Shown here: in pieces, positions 25,658 through 37,296 of the stretch | Layout: each line of letters starts with the position of its first letter | How positions within the stretch are numbered: position 1 is the first letter of the stretch | Assembly: GCF_964213995.1 (NCBI RefSeq) | Contig: NC_135807.1 | Coordinates: forward strand, 69,254,001 to 69,318,000 | Direction: 5' to 3' | From: Mustelus asterias | Lineage: Eukaryota | DNA length: 64,000 bases | The notes under the pieces: model-generated | What the model was told of the DNA's origin: nothing | Database searches by the model: none | The model's input: only the letters and a program-made list of their open reading frames with translations | Made by a program: the position numbers and the translations under genes

Positions 25658-27007
25658 AATGATGTTGTCCTACATTATAAATAACTTACCACCATGTATA
25701 ATGATGCAGAGTATCATCAACCTTGGTATTGCATTGATGTATATACATGTTTTTGAGAAGTGCTCAATCTATGCACTATAGCTGTCAAACTCAAAGATAA
25801 TGGTGGAATATGGAAGCTGACTTTAACTATAACCTTCTGGTGATTGATTATAGGTGGTAGGTATGTATGTCAGTCACATTATGGGATTTTATCAGCATCT
25901 TATACCCAAATTTAGACACTGCAGTTGCTGTGATGCTAAATGTTGATCATTGGAGCTCAATGGTGCCGTCATTCTTTCTAGGAGTGCCACAATACTTTCC
26001 CCTCTCTAAATATACCACATTAGTTTGCTTTTAGCTTCATTTTCAACTTTTGTATCTCTCCCCTCTCACCTTGTAATTTGGTGATTATTTATCCAGGATG
26101 AAGCCAAGAACTGGCAATGAACTCTACAGTATGTTACACCTGCGTATCCAAACAACACTTTTATTGGGACAGTAGAGATATCTGAGGTTTTCCAGACTTT
26201 GAGTTTCCTACAAACTAACATCTTGGGACGATAGACAATCTTATTGTGTTTGTTGTTCACTGAGAGATTAAACCTTGAACCATTTTGCCTTGCATTATTG
26301 TTTAGAAGAGGTATCATCATCACCATGCTGGTCAATCTAGAAGCTTATTAACTCAGGTTACAAACTTTCTGGCATAACAAAGAGACTCACATCTCCTTGC
26401 TTAACACCAATCCTGTGCTTCACCATTATTCCAATCCTTCATTTGGTTTTCCGTTTAAAAAATTTGGAACCCAATTAACTTAAGTATCTTCTATATTCTT
26501 TTGATTCTGGTTTAAGAGAAGCCCTCCACATGCAATGGCTTTGGGCACCTTTGATCTTGGTATGCTCAATTTATCCAATTGATAATTCGTTAACTGCGTC
26601 TTGTCCATGTTGTACTTTTGTTAGCTGTTTTATGGATACAACTGAGTTCTATTGTTCCCTTAGGAAATCCCTTCAACTATTTTTGCATGGACTCATCAAA
26701 TTAATGCATTGGCACTATGGGCTTGATTTAAGAGAGTGCCATATACCTTACCTCAGGAAAGGTTGGGGCAAGGCGGCTCTGTGCACTATTCTGGTGGCTG
26801 CCCTGCAGCCATTTAATGCTGGGAGGCAGGAAGCCTCGTCTTAGAGATCTGTTCACCAAATGGATGGCAGGCAGCTCTGTAGTCCACACAGCACCATTTG
26901 GAGTGGTGGCCACTGCTGGGACTGGAGGCAGTCCAGTATGTCGAGGAGTCCAGTCTGACAGGTAAATCTGCGGTGTCACCACTGCCAGATTGGTAGATCC
27001 TGGCGAA

Positions 27008-27900
27008 GAGTCATAGAGTCATAGAGGTTTACAGCATGGAAACAGGCCCTTCGGCCCAACTTGTTCATGCCACCCCTTTTTTTAACCCCTAAACTAGTCC
27101 CAACTGCCCGCGTTTGGCCTATATCCCTCTATACCCATCTTACCCATGTAACTGTCTAAACGCTTTTTAAAAGACAAAATTGTACCCGCCTCTACTATTA
27201 CCTCTGGCAGCTTGTTCCAGATGCTCACCACCCTCTGTGTGAAAAACATTGCCCCTCTGGGCCCTTTGGTATCTCTCCCCTCTCACCTTAAACCTCTGCC
27301 CTCTAGTTTTAGACTCCCCTATCTTTGGTAAAAGATATTGACTATCTAGCTGATCTATGCCCCTCATTATTTTATAGACCTCTATAAGATCACCCCTAAG
27401 TCTCCTATGTTCCAGAGAAAAAGGTCCCAGTCTATCCAGCCTCTCCTTATAACTCAAACTATCAATCTGGGTAGCATTCTAATAAATCATTTCTGCACTC
27501 TTTCTAGTTTAATAATATCCTTTCTATAATAGGGTGACCAGAACTGTACACAGTATTCCAAGTGTGGCCTTACCAATGTCTTGTACAACTTCAACAAGAC
27601 GTCCCAACTCATGTATTCAATGTTCTGACCAATGAAACCAAGCATGCCGAATGCCTTCTTTATCACTCTGTCCACCTGTGACTCCACTTTCAAGGAGCTA
27701 TGAACCTGTATCCCTAGATTTCTTTGTTCTATAACTCTCCGCAATGTCCTACCATTAACTGAGTAAGTCTTGTCCTGGTTTGATCGACCAAAATGAATCA
27801 CCTCACATTTATCTAAATTAAACTCCATCTGCCATTCGTCAGCCCACTAGCCCAATTGATCAAGATCCCGTTGCAACCCTAGATAACCTTCTTCACTGCC
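27008..27900 (-). mobile_element. CR1 LINE 3' fragment, same subfamily as 23642-25657
   Basis: ORFs 27487..27828 and 27167..27457 (LVRPHLEYCVQFWSP) with the same tail. Confidence 0.93.
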
Positions 27901-28027
27901 CAGGGGGTGATTGTGAGGAAAGTAGCAAGTTTATGAGGCCTTGGAGAAGTGATTAATGGGAGATAACATTCAGGAAGGTTGCCTCCAATAGTTCCAAAGA
28001 GTAAAGTAGGGTCCCATCACACCCCCA

Positions 28028-28430
28028 CCCTCACAAGATCCAAACTGAGATAAAGCCCAATTCACATTCCACGTGGTGAAACATTTAAGTTAGTATTTTC
28101 TCTGCTTGAAGTGCAGGTTTCACTGACTAACGTTTATTTTCTTTGGCTCTCTCCACTCAGAGAGTTGCAGCCTATTGTGAGAATGGATGTTACTTTTTTG
28201 AAGCTTTTGGGGGGAATATTGTGTCATTCTGTAAATAAGGCTGTGTGTGTAAGTTATTTAATTAAGCTGGGGATAGGTTAAATGGAGTCATTTTGATTGA
28301 ATAATTGAGAGATGAGAAGGAATACAAGTGCTAAATGCATGCATTGTTAATGAAGCTAGGTTCAAACGTTTTTACAAATAAATATGTCAAGATTAGGAAT
28401 TTTCATTAGGGACCTGGTTTGTTCAGCTGT
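28028..28430 (+). repeat. ~400-bp direct repeat, copy 1
   Basis: Matches 29449-29849 with about two substitutions and one small indel. Confidence 0.92.
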
Positions 28431-29448
28431 AACCCAACCATCCCCCCGCACAAATTGCTCGACACTATCCTGAGGAGCTAAAGCTGCCAGGCGTCCCAAA
28501 TGGGGTTACAGGAATAGGGCCTGGGTGGGATTGTAGTTGGTGCAGACTCGATGGGCCGAATGGCCTCCTTTTGCACTGTAGGGATTCTATGATTCTATGA
28601 AGACAAAGAATCAGACATTAAGATGGCTAACCAAATGTTTAGTCAAAGACATGGATCTTAAGAGAGGGAAGACAGGTAGAGTGTTGTCGGGTTTAGGGAG
28701 GGAATTTGAGGGCTTATGGCTGACATTTTGGCAGAAAACTGTGGAAGCTTCAGAAAAATGGTGTTAATTCTATTTCTACAGCAGTCCCTGGGGCTCTTCC
28801 ACCAAAGTCTCCAAGTAAATTCATCCCTGAAAATTTTAATTTGAGCGGAGAGTTATTAGATTTGTTACGCTCCTGTTAGCATTATTAATGTTTAAAGAAG
28901 AAATCCAAATACACAGGAATTAACTGACAGCACTGTGCCACAAGATTTCACATTTTTAAACCAAAACAAACTTTGTTGTATATCAAAAATAATTAAACAA
29001 AGTCAGTGAACCTAACATTATAGCTTATAAAAATAGCCTATGAAGTCATTTCTATTTTCTATTTACCCCTTATCTTACAAAATCTTGAAAGTTCATTCAA
29101 TTTTCCTGGGATCAACTCAAATGTATGCCACAACCTTCCAGAATTTTCATTAATTATTCTCAGTGTTCCAAATTTCTCCCAAGTACAATATTTATGGGGA
29201 TCCTTCCATTAGCTTTTTAACTCATGACCCTCCAATTTTCTTTTAAGAATTTGTGACTGTGGCTTCTTCAGCTCCTTGTTCTGGGCTTGGACATGGACTG
29301 CTCTTTCCCAGTCTGCTCTCATTGCTTCTCTATGGCCCTGTCTAATCTAACTATTCAAGCCAACTGCTTTCTGCTACAAGGTTCTGTGAGGATCACTGTG
29401 GATTTCTTCCACTAGCTGCAAGCTACAACAAATCTTCCAGCTGTGTTT

Positions 29449-29849
29449 CCCTCACAAGATCTAAACTGAGATAAAGCCCAATTCACATTCCACGTGGTGA
29501 AACATTTAAGTTAGTATTTTCTCTGCTTGAAGTGCAGGTTTCACTGACTAACGTTTATTTTCTTTGGCTCTCTCCACTCAGAGAGTTGCAGCCTATTGTG
29601 AGAATGGATGTTACTTTTTTGAAGCTTTTGGGGGGAATATTGTGTCATTCTGTAAATAAGGCTGTGTGTGTGTTATTTAATTAAGCTGGGGATAGGTTAA
29701 ATGGAGTCATTTTGATTGAATAATTGAGAGATGAGAAGGAATACAAGTGCTAAATGCATGCATTGTTAATGAAGCCAGGTTCAAACGTTTTTACAAATAA
29801 ATATGTCAAGATTAGGAATTTTCATTAGGGACCTGGTTTGTTCAGCTGT
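29449..29849 (+). repeat. ~400-bp direct repeat, copy 2
   Basis: Near-identical to 28028-28430. Confidence 0.92.
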
Positions 29850-30619
29850 TAAATTTCAGAGGGGAGGAAAATGGCATTTACAGGGTGCAAAGGTTTCATA
29901 AGTAAAAAAGGGAAAGTTATTCAATATCATTTGATTCCAAAAGTGGAGGCAATAGGAAAGACATGAAAGGTTTGTGCATTTGTAATGAGATATTAAGGTG
30001 GGTTTGAGATACAAGTAGATTGGATCCACCATTTGCAGTTTTAGATAAGTTGAGCAATTGTTTTAATATTAAAGGGAAGTCAGAGGTGACAAGAAATATT
30101 TGCATCTGACAGAGTTCTGTGAATAAAGAGAAAAGGGCATATTATGTTTTAGTGACCCGAAAACAGATACAAAATAAAAAGATTTGTATGTCATGGAATA
30201 GTTGCGTTCAAAGAAATGCTGAGGATAATGGAAATCATAGATGAAAGAACAAAATGATTTTTAAGGAGAGACTTGATTTATTGTTGGCTGTGAGGAAAAC
30301 CTCATGGAAACCGTTCTAGCTACAAGAAGATGTGAAGTTTGCATCAGCCATCTGTCAAGTAGAAAACTCTTAAGCTGCAAACAAGTCTTGTTCTAAAATC
30401 TTGAATTTCCACAGCAGAGTGGAAGTGAGTTTGAGATGTTGTGTGGTATGCCTCTATTAAAGCTGCAGCAGTTTACTTGGGTAATATTACTGGATTTTTA
30501 TAGTTAAACATCAATGAGGGAGTATTGCCTGGGAGGTGCTTATAGAATCACAGAGTTGTGATGGCTCTGAAGAAGGCAATTTGGCCTGTCGCGTCTGCAC
30601 CAGCTCTCCAAACAAGCAT

Positions 30620-31750
30620 CATAAACATAAACATAAACATAGAACAGTACAGCACAGAACAGGCCCTTCGGCCCACGATGTTGTGCCGAGCTTTATCTGA
30701 AACCAAGATCAAGCTATCCCACTCCCTATCATCCTGGTGTGCTCCATGTGCCTATCCAATAACTGCTTAAATGTTCCTAAAGTGTCTGACTCCACTATCA
30801 CTGCAGCCAGTCCATTCCACACCCCAACCACTCTCTGCGTAAAGAACCTACCTCTGATATCCTTCCTGTATCTCCCACCACGAACCCTATAGTTATGCCC
30901 CCTTGTAATAGCTCCATCCACCCGAGGAAATAGTCTTTGAACGTTCACTCTATCCCCTTCATCATTTTATAAACCTCTATTAAGTCTCCCCTCAGCCTCC
31001 TCCGCTCCAGAGAGAACAGCCCTAGCTCCCTCAACCTTTCCTCATAAGACCTACCCTCCAAACCAGGCAGCATCCTGGTAAATCTCCTCTGCACTCTTTC
31101 CAGCGCTTCCACATCCTTCTTATAGTGAGGTGACCAGAACTGCACACAATATTCCAAATGTGGTCTCACCAAGGTCCTGTACAGTTGCAGCATAACCCCA
31201 CGGCTCTTAAACTCCAACCCCCTGTTAATAAAAGCTAACACACTATAGGCCTTCTTCACAGCTCTATCCACTTGAGTGGCAACCTTTAGAGATCTGTGGA
31301 TATGAACCCCAAGATCTCTCTGTTCCTCCACAGTCTTCAGAACCCTACCTTTGACCCTGTAATCCACATTTAAATTAGTCCTACCAAAATGAATGACCTC
31401 ACATTTATCAGGGTTAAACTCCATTTGCCATTTTTCAGCCCAGCTTTGCATCCTATCCATGTCTCTTTGCAGCCTGCAACCAGCCCTCCACCTCATCCAC
31501 TACTCCACCAATCTTGGTGTCATCAGCAAATTTACATCTTATCAACAGCATTTCCCTCATTAGCCCTTTCTGTTACCTCCTCAAAAAGTCCAAGAAGTTA
31601 GTTAAACATGATTTCCCCTTTAGAAATCCATGCTGGCTCTTCTTAACCAATCCACATTTTCCTATGTTTCTGGAAGTTTGCCCACTACTGATGTTAAACT
31701 GACAGGTGTGTAATAGCTGGAGCTATCTTTGCAACAATTTTAAATAAGGG
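30620..31750 (-). mobile_element. CR1 LINE 3' fragment (TATGTT-tail subfamily) adjoining an older CR1 RT piece
   Basis: ORFs 30945..31496 and 30709..30948 match CR1 ORF2; tail seen as (CATAAA)n on +. Confidence 0.9.
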
Positions 31751-31812
31751 GCCTTGTGAGCCTCACCAAGTATGGAATCTTTTGAGGGCAATGTTTTGGA
31801 AGATTAATTTTA

Positions 31813-32145
31813 ATTTGATTTGATTTATTATTGTCATATATATTAGTATACAGTGAAAAGTATTGTTTCTTGCGCACTATACAGACAAAGCATGCCATAC
31901 ACAGAAAAGGAAAGGTTAGAGTGCAGAATGTAATGTTAGAGTCAAAACTAGGGTTTGGCGAAAGATCAACTTAATGCAAGGTAGGTCCTTTCAAAAGTCT
32001 GATTGCAGCAGGGAAGAAGCTGTTCTTGAGTCGGTTGGTACACTTTGTCCCAACGGAAGCAGGTGGAAGAGAAAATGTCCGGGGTGTGTGGGGCCCTTAA
32101 TTATGCTGGCTGCTTTTCTGAGGTGGCAGGAAGTGTAGACGCTGT
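31813..32145 (-). mobile_element. Rex1/Babar LINE 3' fragment
   Basis: Reverse complement of 18630-18957, including the (TCAAA)n tail. Confidence 0.8.
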
Positions 32146-32379
32146 GTAACTGTAATCTCGTGTGCTTAAATTTTCTTACCTTCTTACTAATAAACCTTAT
32201 AATTTTTAAAATCCCGAAAGTGTTACTGGACTTCTTGCTGCTGAGATGAGTACATTTTCAGAAAACATTTAAAAAGTGTGGCCCATATGCCAAGTTTCCC
32301 ACTGAGATTTGGTTTGCCCAGCAATTTGCATCTGCTGTGATCATAGCAATACAATTGCATCTGCTGTGATCATAGCAAT

Positions 32380-32648
32380 TACAGGCTGACCTGTCTGAAG
32401 ACAATACACATCTCTTTAACCTGTGCTTAATGCTGTCTCCACTCACATTGTTTGTTACTTTAAGACTTGATTATCTGTAAAGACTGCATTCCAATCATTA
32501 TTCTGTAAATTGAGTTTGTGTCTCTGTATGCCCTGTTTGTGAGCAGATCTCCACTCCACCTGATGAAGGGGCAGTGCTCCGAAAGCTAGTGGCATTTGCT
32601 ACCAACTAAACCTGTTGGACTTTAACCTGGTGTTGTTAAACTTCTTAC
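32380..32648 (+). mobile_element. Penelope pLTR fragment with hammerhead motif at 32556-32592
   Basis: Homologous to 11320-11572. Motif CCAC-CUGAUGA-A-GGGGC AGU GCUCC-GAAA-GCUA-GUGG. TSD TGATCATAGCAAT at 32367-32379 and 32649-32661. Confidence 0.85.
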
Positions 32649-32857
32649 TGATCATAGCAATACCACAGGGCCAAATCTGCAACTGCCTCTATCTGTTCCC
32701 CCACTGAGCTGCTTGCTTCTGTCAGCAAACACACACAGATAGATCAAACAAAAGGACATTCTAACCAAGGCTCCACCCTAAATCACTATCTTTATGGCAA
32801 TATGCCTTCCTTTGGGGTGGGCACAAACATAAATGTAAACATATTAGTTTACCTTCA

Positions 32858-33030
32858 AGGCCATTCGGCCCATCGAGTCTGCACCGACCACAATCCCAGC
32901 CAGGCCATATCCCCATAACCCCATGCATTTACCCTAGCTAGCCCCCCTGACACTAAGGGACAATTTAGCATGGCCAATCCGGAGGAAACCCACGCAGACA
33001 TGGGGGGAATGTGCAAACTCCACATGGACA
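32858..33030 (-). mobile_element. HE1-like SINE fragment
   Basis: Similar to 12553-12826. Confidence 0.75.
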
Positions 33031-34130
33031 TACTTGCTTGAGTTGCATTTACATCAGAGTTGATTTATCAGCTTCTCAACCAGATGCCCCCATTTTTCTA
33101 CAGTTAAAAGCATGATTACTAAAATTAAAGTCACAATCCAAAATTTATGAGTCATGAACTAGTTATTCCAATTCACTGAAGCAGCTTTATAAGGTAGCGC
33201 CAACCTCTGATTCACATACTCATGATGATGTAGACTCGTGTGAACTATGTCTACTGTGTAATCCCGAAGAAGAAAACTGCACAGAGAGCGCATTGTAATT
33301 GAGTCACCATCAGGTCCTGGGTGGGGATTTAATCAGAAATGGACCAAATTCAAAAAGTGTTTAAACAATGCTGCAGTCCCAGTGGAAGCACAGCAGCACG
33401 TGTTGTGAATGTGTTCACTGCCAGCAAGTGGAAACCGGAGCCCATTATAAGAAATTTCAAACTAATGCAATGAAAAATGGTGAGCTCTCCTGATTTTTGA
33501 AATTCCTTTGTCCTCATAACCTCGCATGCCAATGTGTGTCTATATTCCGAAGGTGTCAGGTGTAATTACAGATCCATTAAGTTGTCATTTATTTAAAATG
33601 AAAAATGTCAGAAATAAACTTGAGGATTATCTGTGAGATAAGCTTGTTAAAGCAATTGAATTCCTTTAAATTTTATTGCAAAAGTATCAAAAGGAAATAC
33701 AGATTCATACCAGTAAAGGATAAATTTCAGAAGTTACTTTGTACACAAAATGTGACCCATGAATAGACGCGGTGTTAGAGTAATGGTAACGAAACATCAG
33801 GAAATCATTCAGTGAACAACTGGACAATTTAATATAAAGGGGATTTAGGATCATTCTGATGGATGAATGAAGGTGTGCCATGTTGGATTAGAGTGCAGCT
33901 GAACTTTGGTGAAACAAGAAGTCTCGAGGGGTAATTTTAAGGAATAATTTAAGAGCTAATTTCAATCTAAATTTCAATCTAAATTCTAGTTTGTTTACTT
34001 TAGCAATTAACTAAAAGTTGCTCTTTTGATTGGGTGAAGTTCAATTGCAGCTTTAAAACAGGAATTTACAGATTCTCAGATGAAGTTAGTTAATTATTCA
34101 ACTGGTTTAATCCAGTTTCAGAAGCCTTGA

Positions 34131-34315
34131 ATTCCTCCGGGTGCACTGGTTTCCTCCCACAGTTTGAAAGATGTGCTGGTTAGCTGCATTGGCCATGCTA
34201 AATTCTCCCTCCGTGTACCCGAACAGGCGCCGGAGTGTGGCAACTAGGGGATTTTCACAGTAACTTAATTGCAGTGTTAATATAAGCCTACTTGTGACAC
34301 TAATAATAAATAAAA
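34131..34315 (+). mobile_element. HE1-like SINE 3' half
   Basis: TCCTCCGGGTGC...GCCTACTTGTGACACTAATAATAAA. Confidence 0.8.
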
Positions 34316-34595
34316 CTAATAGTAAATAAAATAAAAACTTGAATTAGGGCCACAAAAAGGAGGGCTCCTTCAGTGCTGCCTTGCTGTATTAGAATGCAGC
34401 TGGAGTTTGGTGAAACAGGGAGTTGGGTGAAAGAGGGGGATGATGATCCTTTCTTTTCTCCAATTGGTGAATCCTGCTCTTTAAGATAAAAGTAAGGTCT
34501 TGGGGAATTTGGATCATGAGGAGAAAGAAGGACTTAAAGTAGCTCTTACAATACAGAGCACTGGAGGTTGGAGAGTAAGTCTGGTGAGGAGCAGC

Positions 34596-34801
34596 CGTGA
34601 TGTAAACACAGTAAGAGTTTTAACAACACCAGGTTAAAGTCCAACAGGTTTATTTGGTAGCAAATGCCATTAGCTTTCGGAGTGCTGCTCCTTCGTCAGA
34701 TATCCACTCCATCTGATGAAGGAGCAGTGCTCCGAAAGCTAATGGCATTTGCTACCAAATAAACCTGTTGGACTTTAACCTGATGTTGTTAAAACTCTTA
34801 C
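34596..34801. mobile_element. ~200-bp palindromic Penelope-derived mini element with a hammerhead motif on each strand
   Basis: 34610-34701 is the reverse complement of 34711-34803. Motifs at 34667-34702 (-) and 34709-34745 (+). TSD TGAGGAGCAGC at 34585-34595 and 34802-34812. Confidence 0.88.
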
Positions 34802-34959
34802 TGAGGAGCAGCTGAGCAGAGCAGCGGGAAAACTTTAAAAGGAGCGACCCAGCGAACCTTCCCCTTCACACAGTCCTGAGGCAGAGGTCCTGAGGTAAAG
34901 TCAAGATTCAAAAGAGACGAAGGGCAAGTAGAAGCTCTGATTGGGTGAGTACAGACTTT

Positions 34960-35490
34960 TGTTTCATTCATTCGTGGGACATGGGTGTTGCTGGCTGGCC
35001 AACATTTATTGCCCATTCCTAGTTGCCCTTGAGAAGGTGGTGGTGAGCTGCCTTCTTGAATCGCTGCAGTCCATGTGCTGTGGGTTGACCCATAATGCCG
35101 TTAGGGAGGAAATTCCAGGATTTTGACCCAGCGACTGCGAAGGAACAGTGATATATTTCCAAGTCAGGATGGTGAGTAACTTGCAAGTGGTGTTGTTCCC
35201 ATGTATCTGATGCCCTTGTCCTTCTAGATGGACATGGTCGTGGGTTTGGATGGTGCTGTCTAAGGATCTTTGGTGAATTGCTGCAGTGCATCTTGTAGAT
35301 AGCACACACTGCTGCTACTGAGCGTTGGTGGTGGAGGGATTGAATATTTGTAGATGTGGTGCCAATCAAGTGGGCTGCTTTGTCCTGGATGGTGTCAAGC
35401 TTCTTGAGTGTTGTTGGAGCTGCACATATCCAGGCAGGTGAGGAGTATTCCATCACACTCCTGACTTGTGCCTTGTAAATGGTGGATAAT
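34960..35490 (-). mobile_element. CR1/L2-group LINE 3' end
   Basis: ORF 35019..35456: MEYSS.AW..AAPTTLKKLDTIQDKAA...LQRFKKAAHHHL. Confidence 0.8.
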
Positions 35491-35654
35491 ATTCTGAGTA
35501 TTTATACTACTATAATCACTTAGTAGTTGTTATTTTGTGGTTTATAGTTTGTAAGAGCTATATTCTGTATTAACAAGGTCAAGGGAAGAAGGGAAGAAGT
35601 AATTGGTATTATTCAATTTCAAGAGGCCTTTAAAGGTTTAATCTAAAGGGTAAG

Positions 35655-36360
35655 TTATGGCAAAATAGTTCAAAGCTTTGGTCTGTTCCTCCTGTTCTTT
35701 GTGGGAACCCAGACACATTTCCAGTGCCTGAGTCAGCAAGTGTGCAGGAAGTGTCTCCAGTTGCAGCTCCTGGAAGCCTGGATTTTGGAGCTGGAGCAGC
35801 GACTTGGGACACTGTGGAGCACCCATGAGGTGCATAGTATCGTGGATAGCACGTATAGAGAGATGGTCACACCGCAGACTAAGACTCCACAAGCAGAAAG
35901 GGCGAGGTGATCTCACTGAAACATATAGGATCCTTAAATGCTAAGAGGGTGTTTCTCCTCATGAGAGAATCTAAGACCAGAGGGTATAGTCTCAGAATAA
36001 GGGGCAGCAATTTAAGACTGATGAGGAGGAATTTCTTGTCTGAGGACTGTGAGTCTTTGCAACTCCTTGCCACAGAGGGCTTTGGGGGCAGAGTCATTGG
36101 GTGGACTTTTCCCGTCCTGCCTGCCATGGGAATCACAGACCATGCAAAGGTCCATTGACCTTGGAAGGAAATTTCTGGCCTTGGGTGTGTGTGGCCGGAA
36201 ATTCCCGCCCATTGTGTATATTTAATGAGATAGGTAGATTTTTTGATCAGTCAGGGAATCAAGGGTTACAGGGAGTGCAGGAAAGTGGACGTGAGGAATG
36301 TCGGATCACCCATGATCCCGAAGAACAGGTTGGAGGGGCCGAACGACCTGTTCCTATTTC
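35655..36360 (+). mobile_element. Collapsed CR1 remnant (ORF1 Zn-finger start fused to 3' end) with a small TIR insert at ~36098-36210
   Basis: CSSCS...CRKCLQLQLLE..ILELEQRL is homologous to ORF 2402..2743, followed by ESKTRGYSLRIRG. Confidence 0.7.
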
Positions 36361-36599
36361 TTACGGTAATTTCACGGGCTTCCCCCATCCTGAATTTTTG
36401 TATGACCAATCTCGTGAAATCAATGTAAATTTTCCTTATTAAAAATGTATTGATATAAAGTGTTGAAAAACGATTCAGAAAACATTTTTTCAATATATGT
36501 TTTGAATTGGTAAATTTTGAGAAGTGTAACAGATCATACCAGAAGCTGCTGACGTCCCTCCAGCCCCTTCCTCTCCACGCCCTATTTTCCATTATTTAA

Positions 36600-36898
36600 A
36601 ACGATTTGGCTGCGCCGTTGAATCTGCACATTCGGCATCTTCCCCATCCGTGCGGAACGTGCTGTGCAAAGTTCACACACTCGGTGCATGTGGATTGTGA
36701 TTTGCTTCCGACCCGCGAAAGGACTTCACCCTGGTTCGATCTGCACTGCTGCTTCGTGTGGTTGCCAGCTTCGTTTCAGTGAAGTAGATCAGTAAACTTT
36801 GGCGGACCGGGGAGCTTCGAAGGGACGGCTTTTTTGTTTGCAAGCCGCTCTGCTTGCTGTCTGTCACCCTCCTGTTGTTTCTGACACATTATCGAACA
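36600..36898 (+). promoter_or_regulatory. Putative CYP7 promoter/5'UTR (CpG-enriched) with candidate HNF4 DR1 and FOXA sites
   Basis: Local CpG enrichment upstream of ATG 36899. TGTGCAAAGTTCA (DR1) at 36663-36675 and TGTTTGC at 36835-36841. Confidence 0.45.
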
Positions 36899-36981
36899 AT
36901 GGCAGATCTGAGTGTCTGGATTGTGAGTGTGCTGGCGGGGTTGTCACTCGGCTTGTTCCTGCTGCTAAGGATCAGGAGAAG
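36899..36981 (+). CDS. CYP7A1-like P450, coding exon 1 (ER signal-anchor)
   Basis: Kozak-like ACAATGG; MADLSVWIVSVLAGLSLGLFLLLRIRR(R), hydrophobic anchor plus basic cluster. Ends in phase 2 at AAG|GCGAGT, matching exon 2. Confidence 0.8.
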
Positions 36982-37296
36982 GCGAGTGCACATTTTTGTT
37001 ACTGTCTCTGTTTTAGATTCTTGGCAAAACCTTTTGTAGCGGTAGTCCCTTTGCAGTCAAACAAAGATCCATTAGTAAATCTTAGAATAATAGAAATTTA
37101 CTTCACAGGAAGGGACTAAAGAGCCCAAGCTAAGCTTTCATTTAGTCTCATTCCCATGGCCTTTCCTCATAATATTTCCACATCTTTTTTCCACATCTTT
37201 ATCCACTTTCCTTTTAAATGCTATTATGAATTCTGCTCCCATCAGTGTTTCTGACAAAGCTTTCCAGGGATGATTCGTCTGGCCACTATACTCTGT

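Noticed and set aside
28028-29849. Direct repeats as LTRs of a retroelement
   Set aside because: No TG..CA termini, PBS, PPT, TSD or internal coding remnant.
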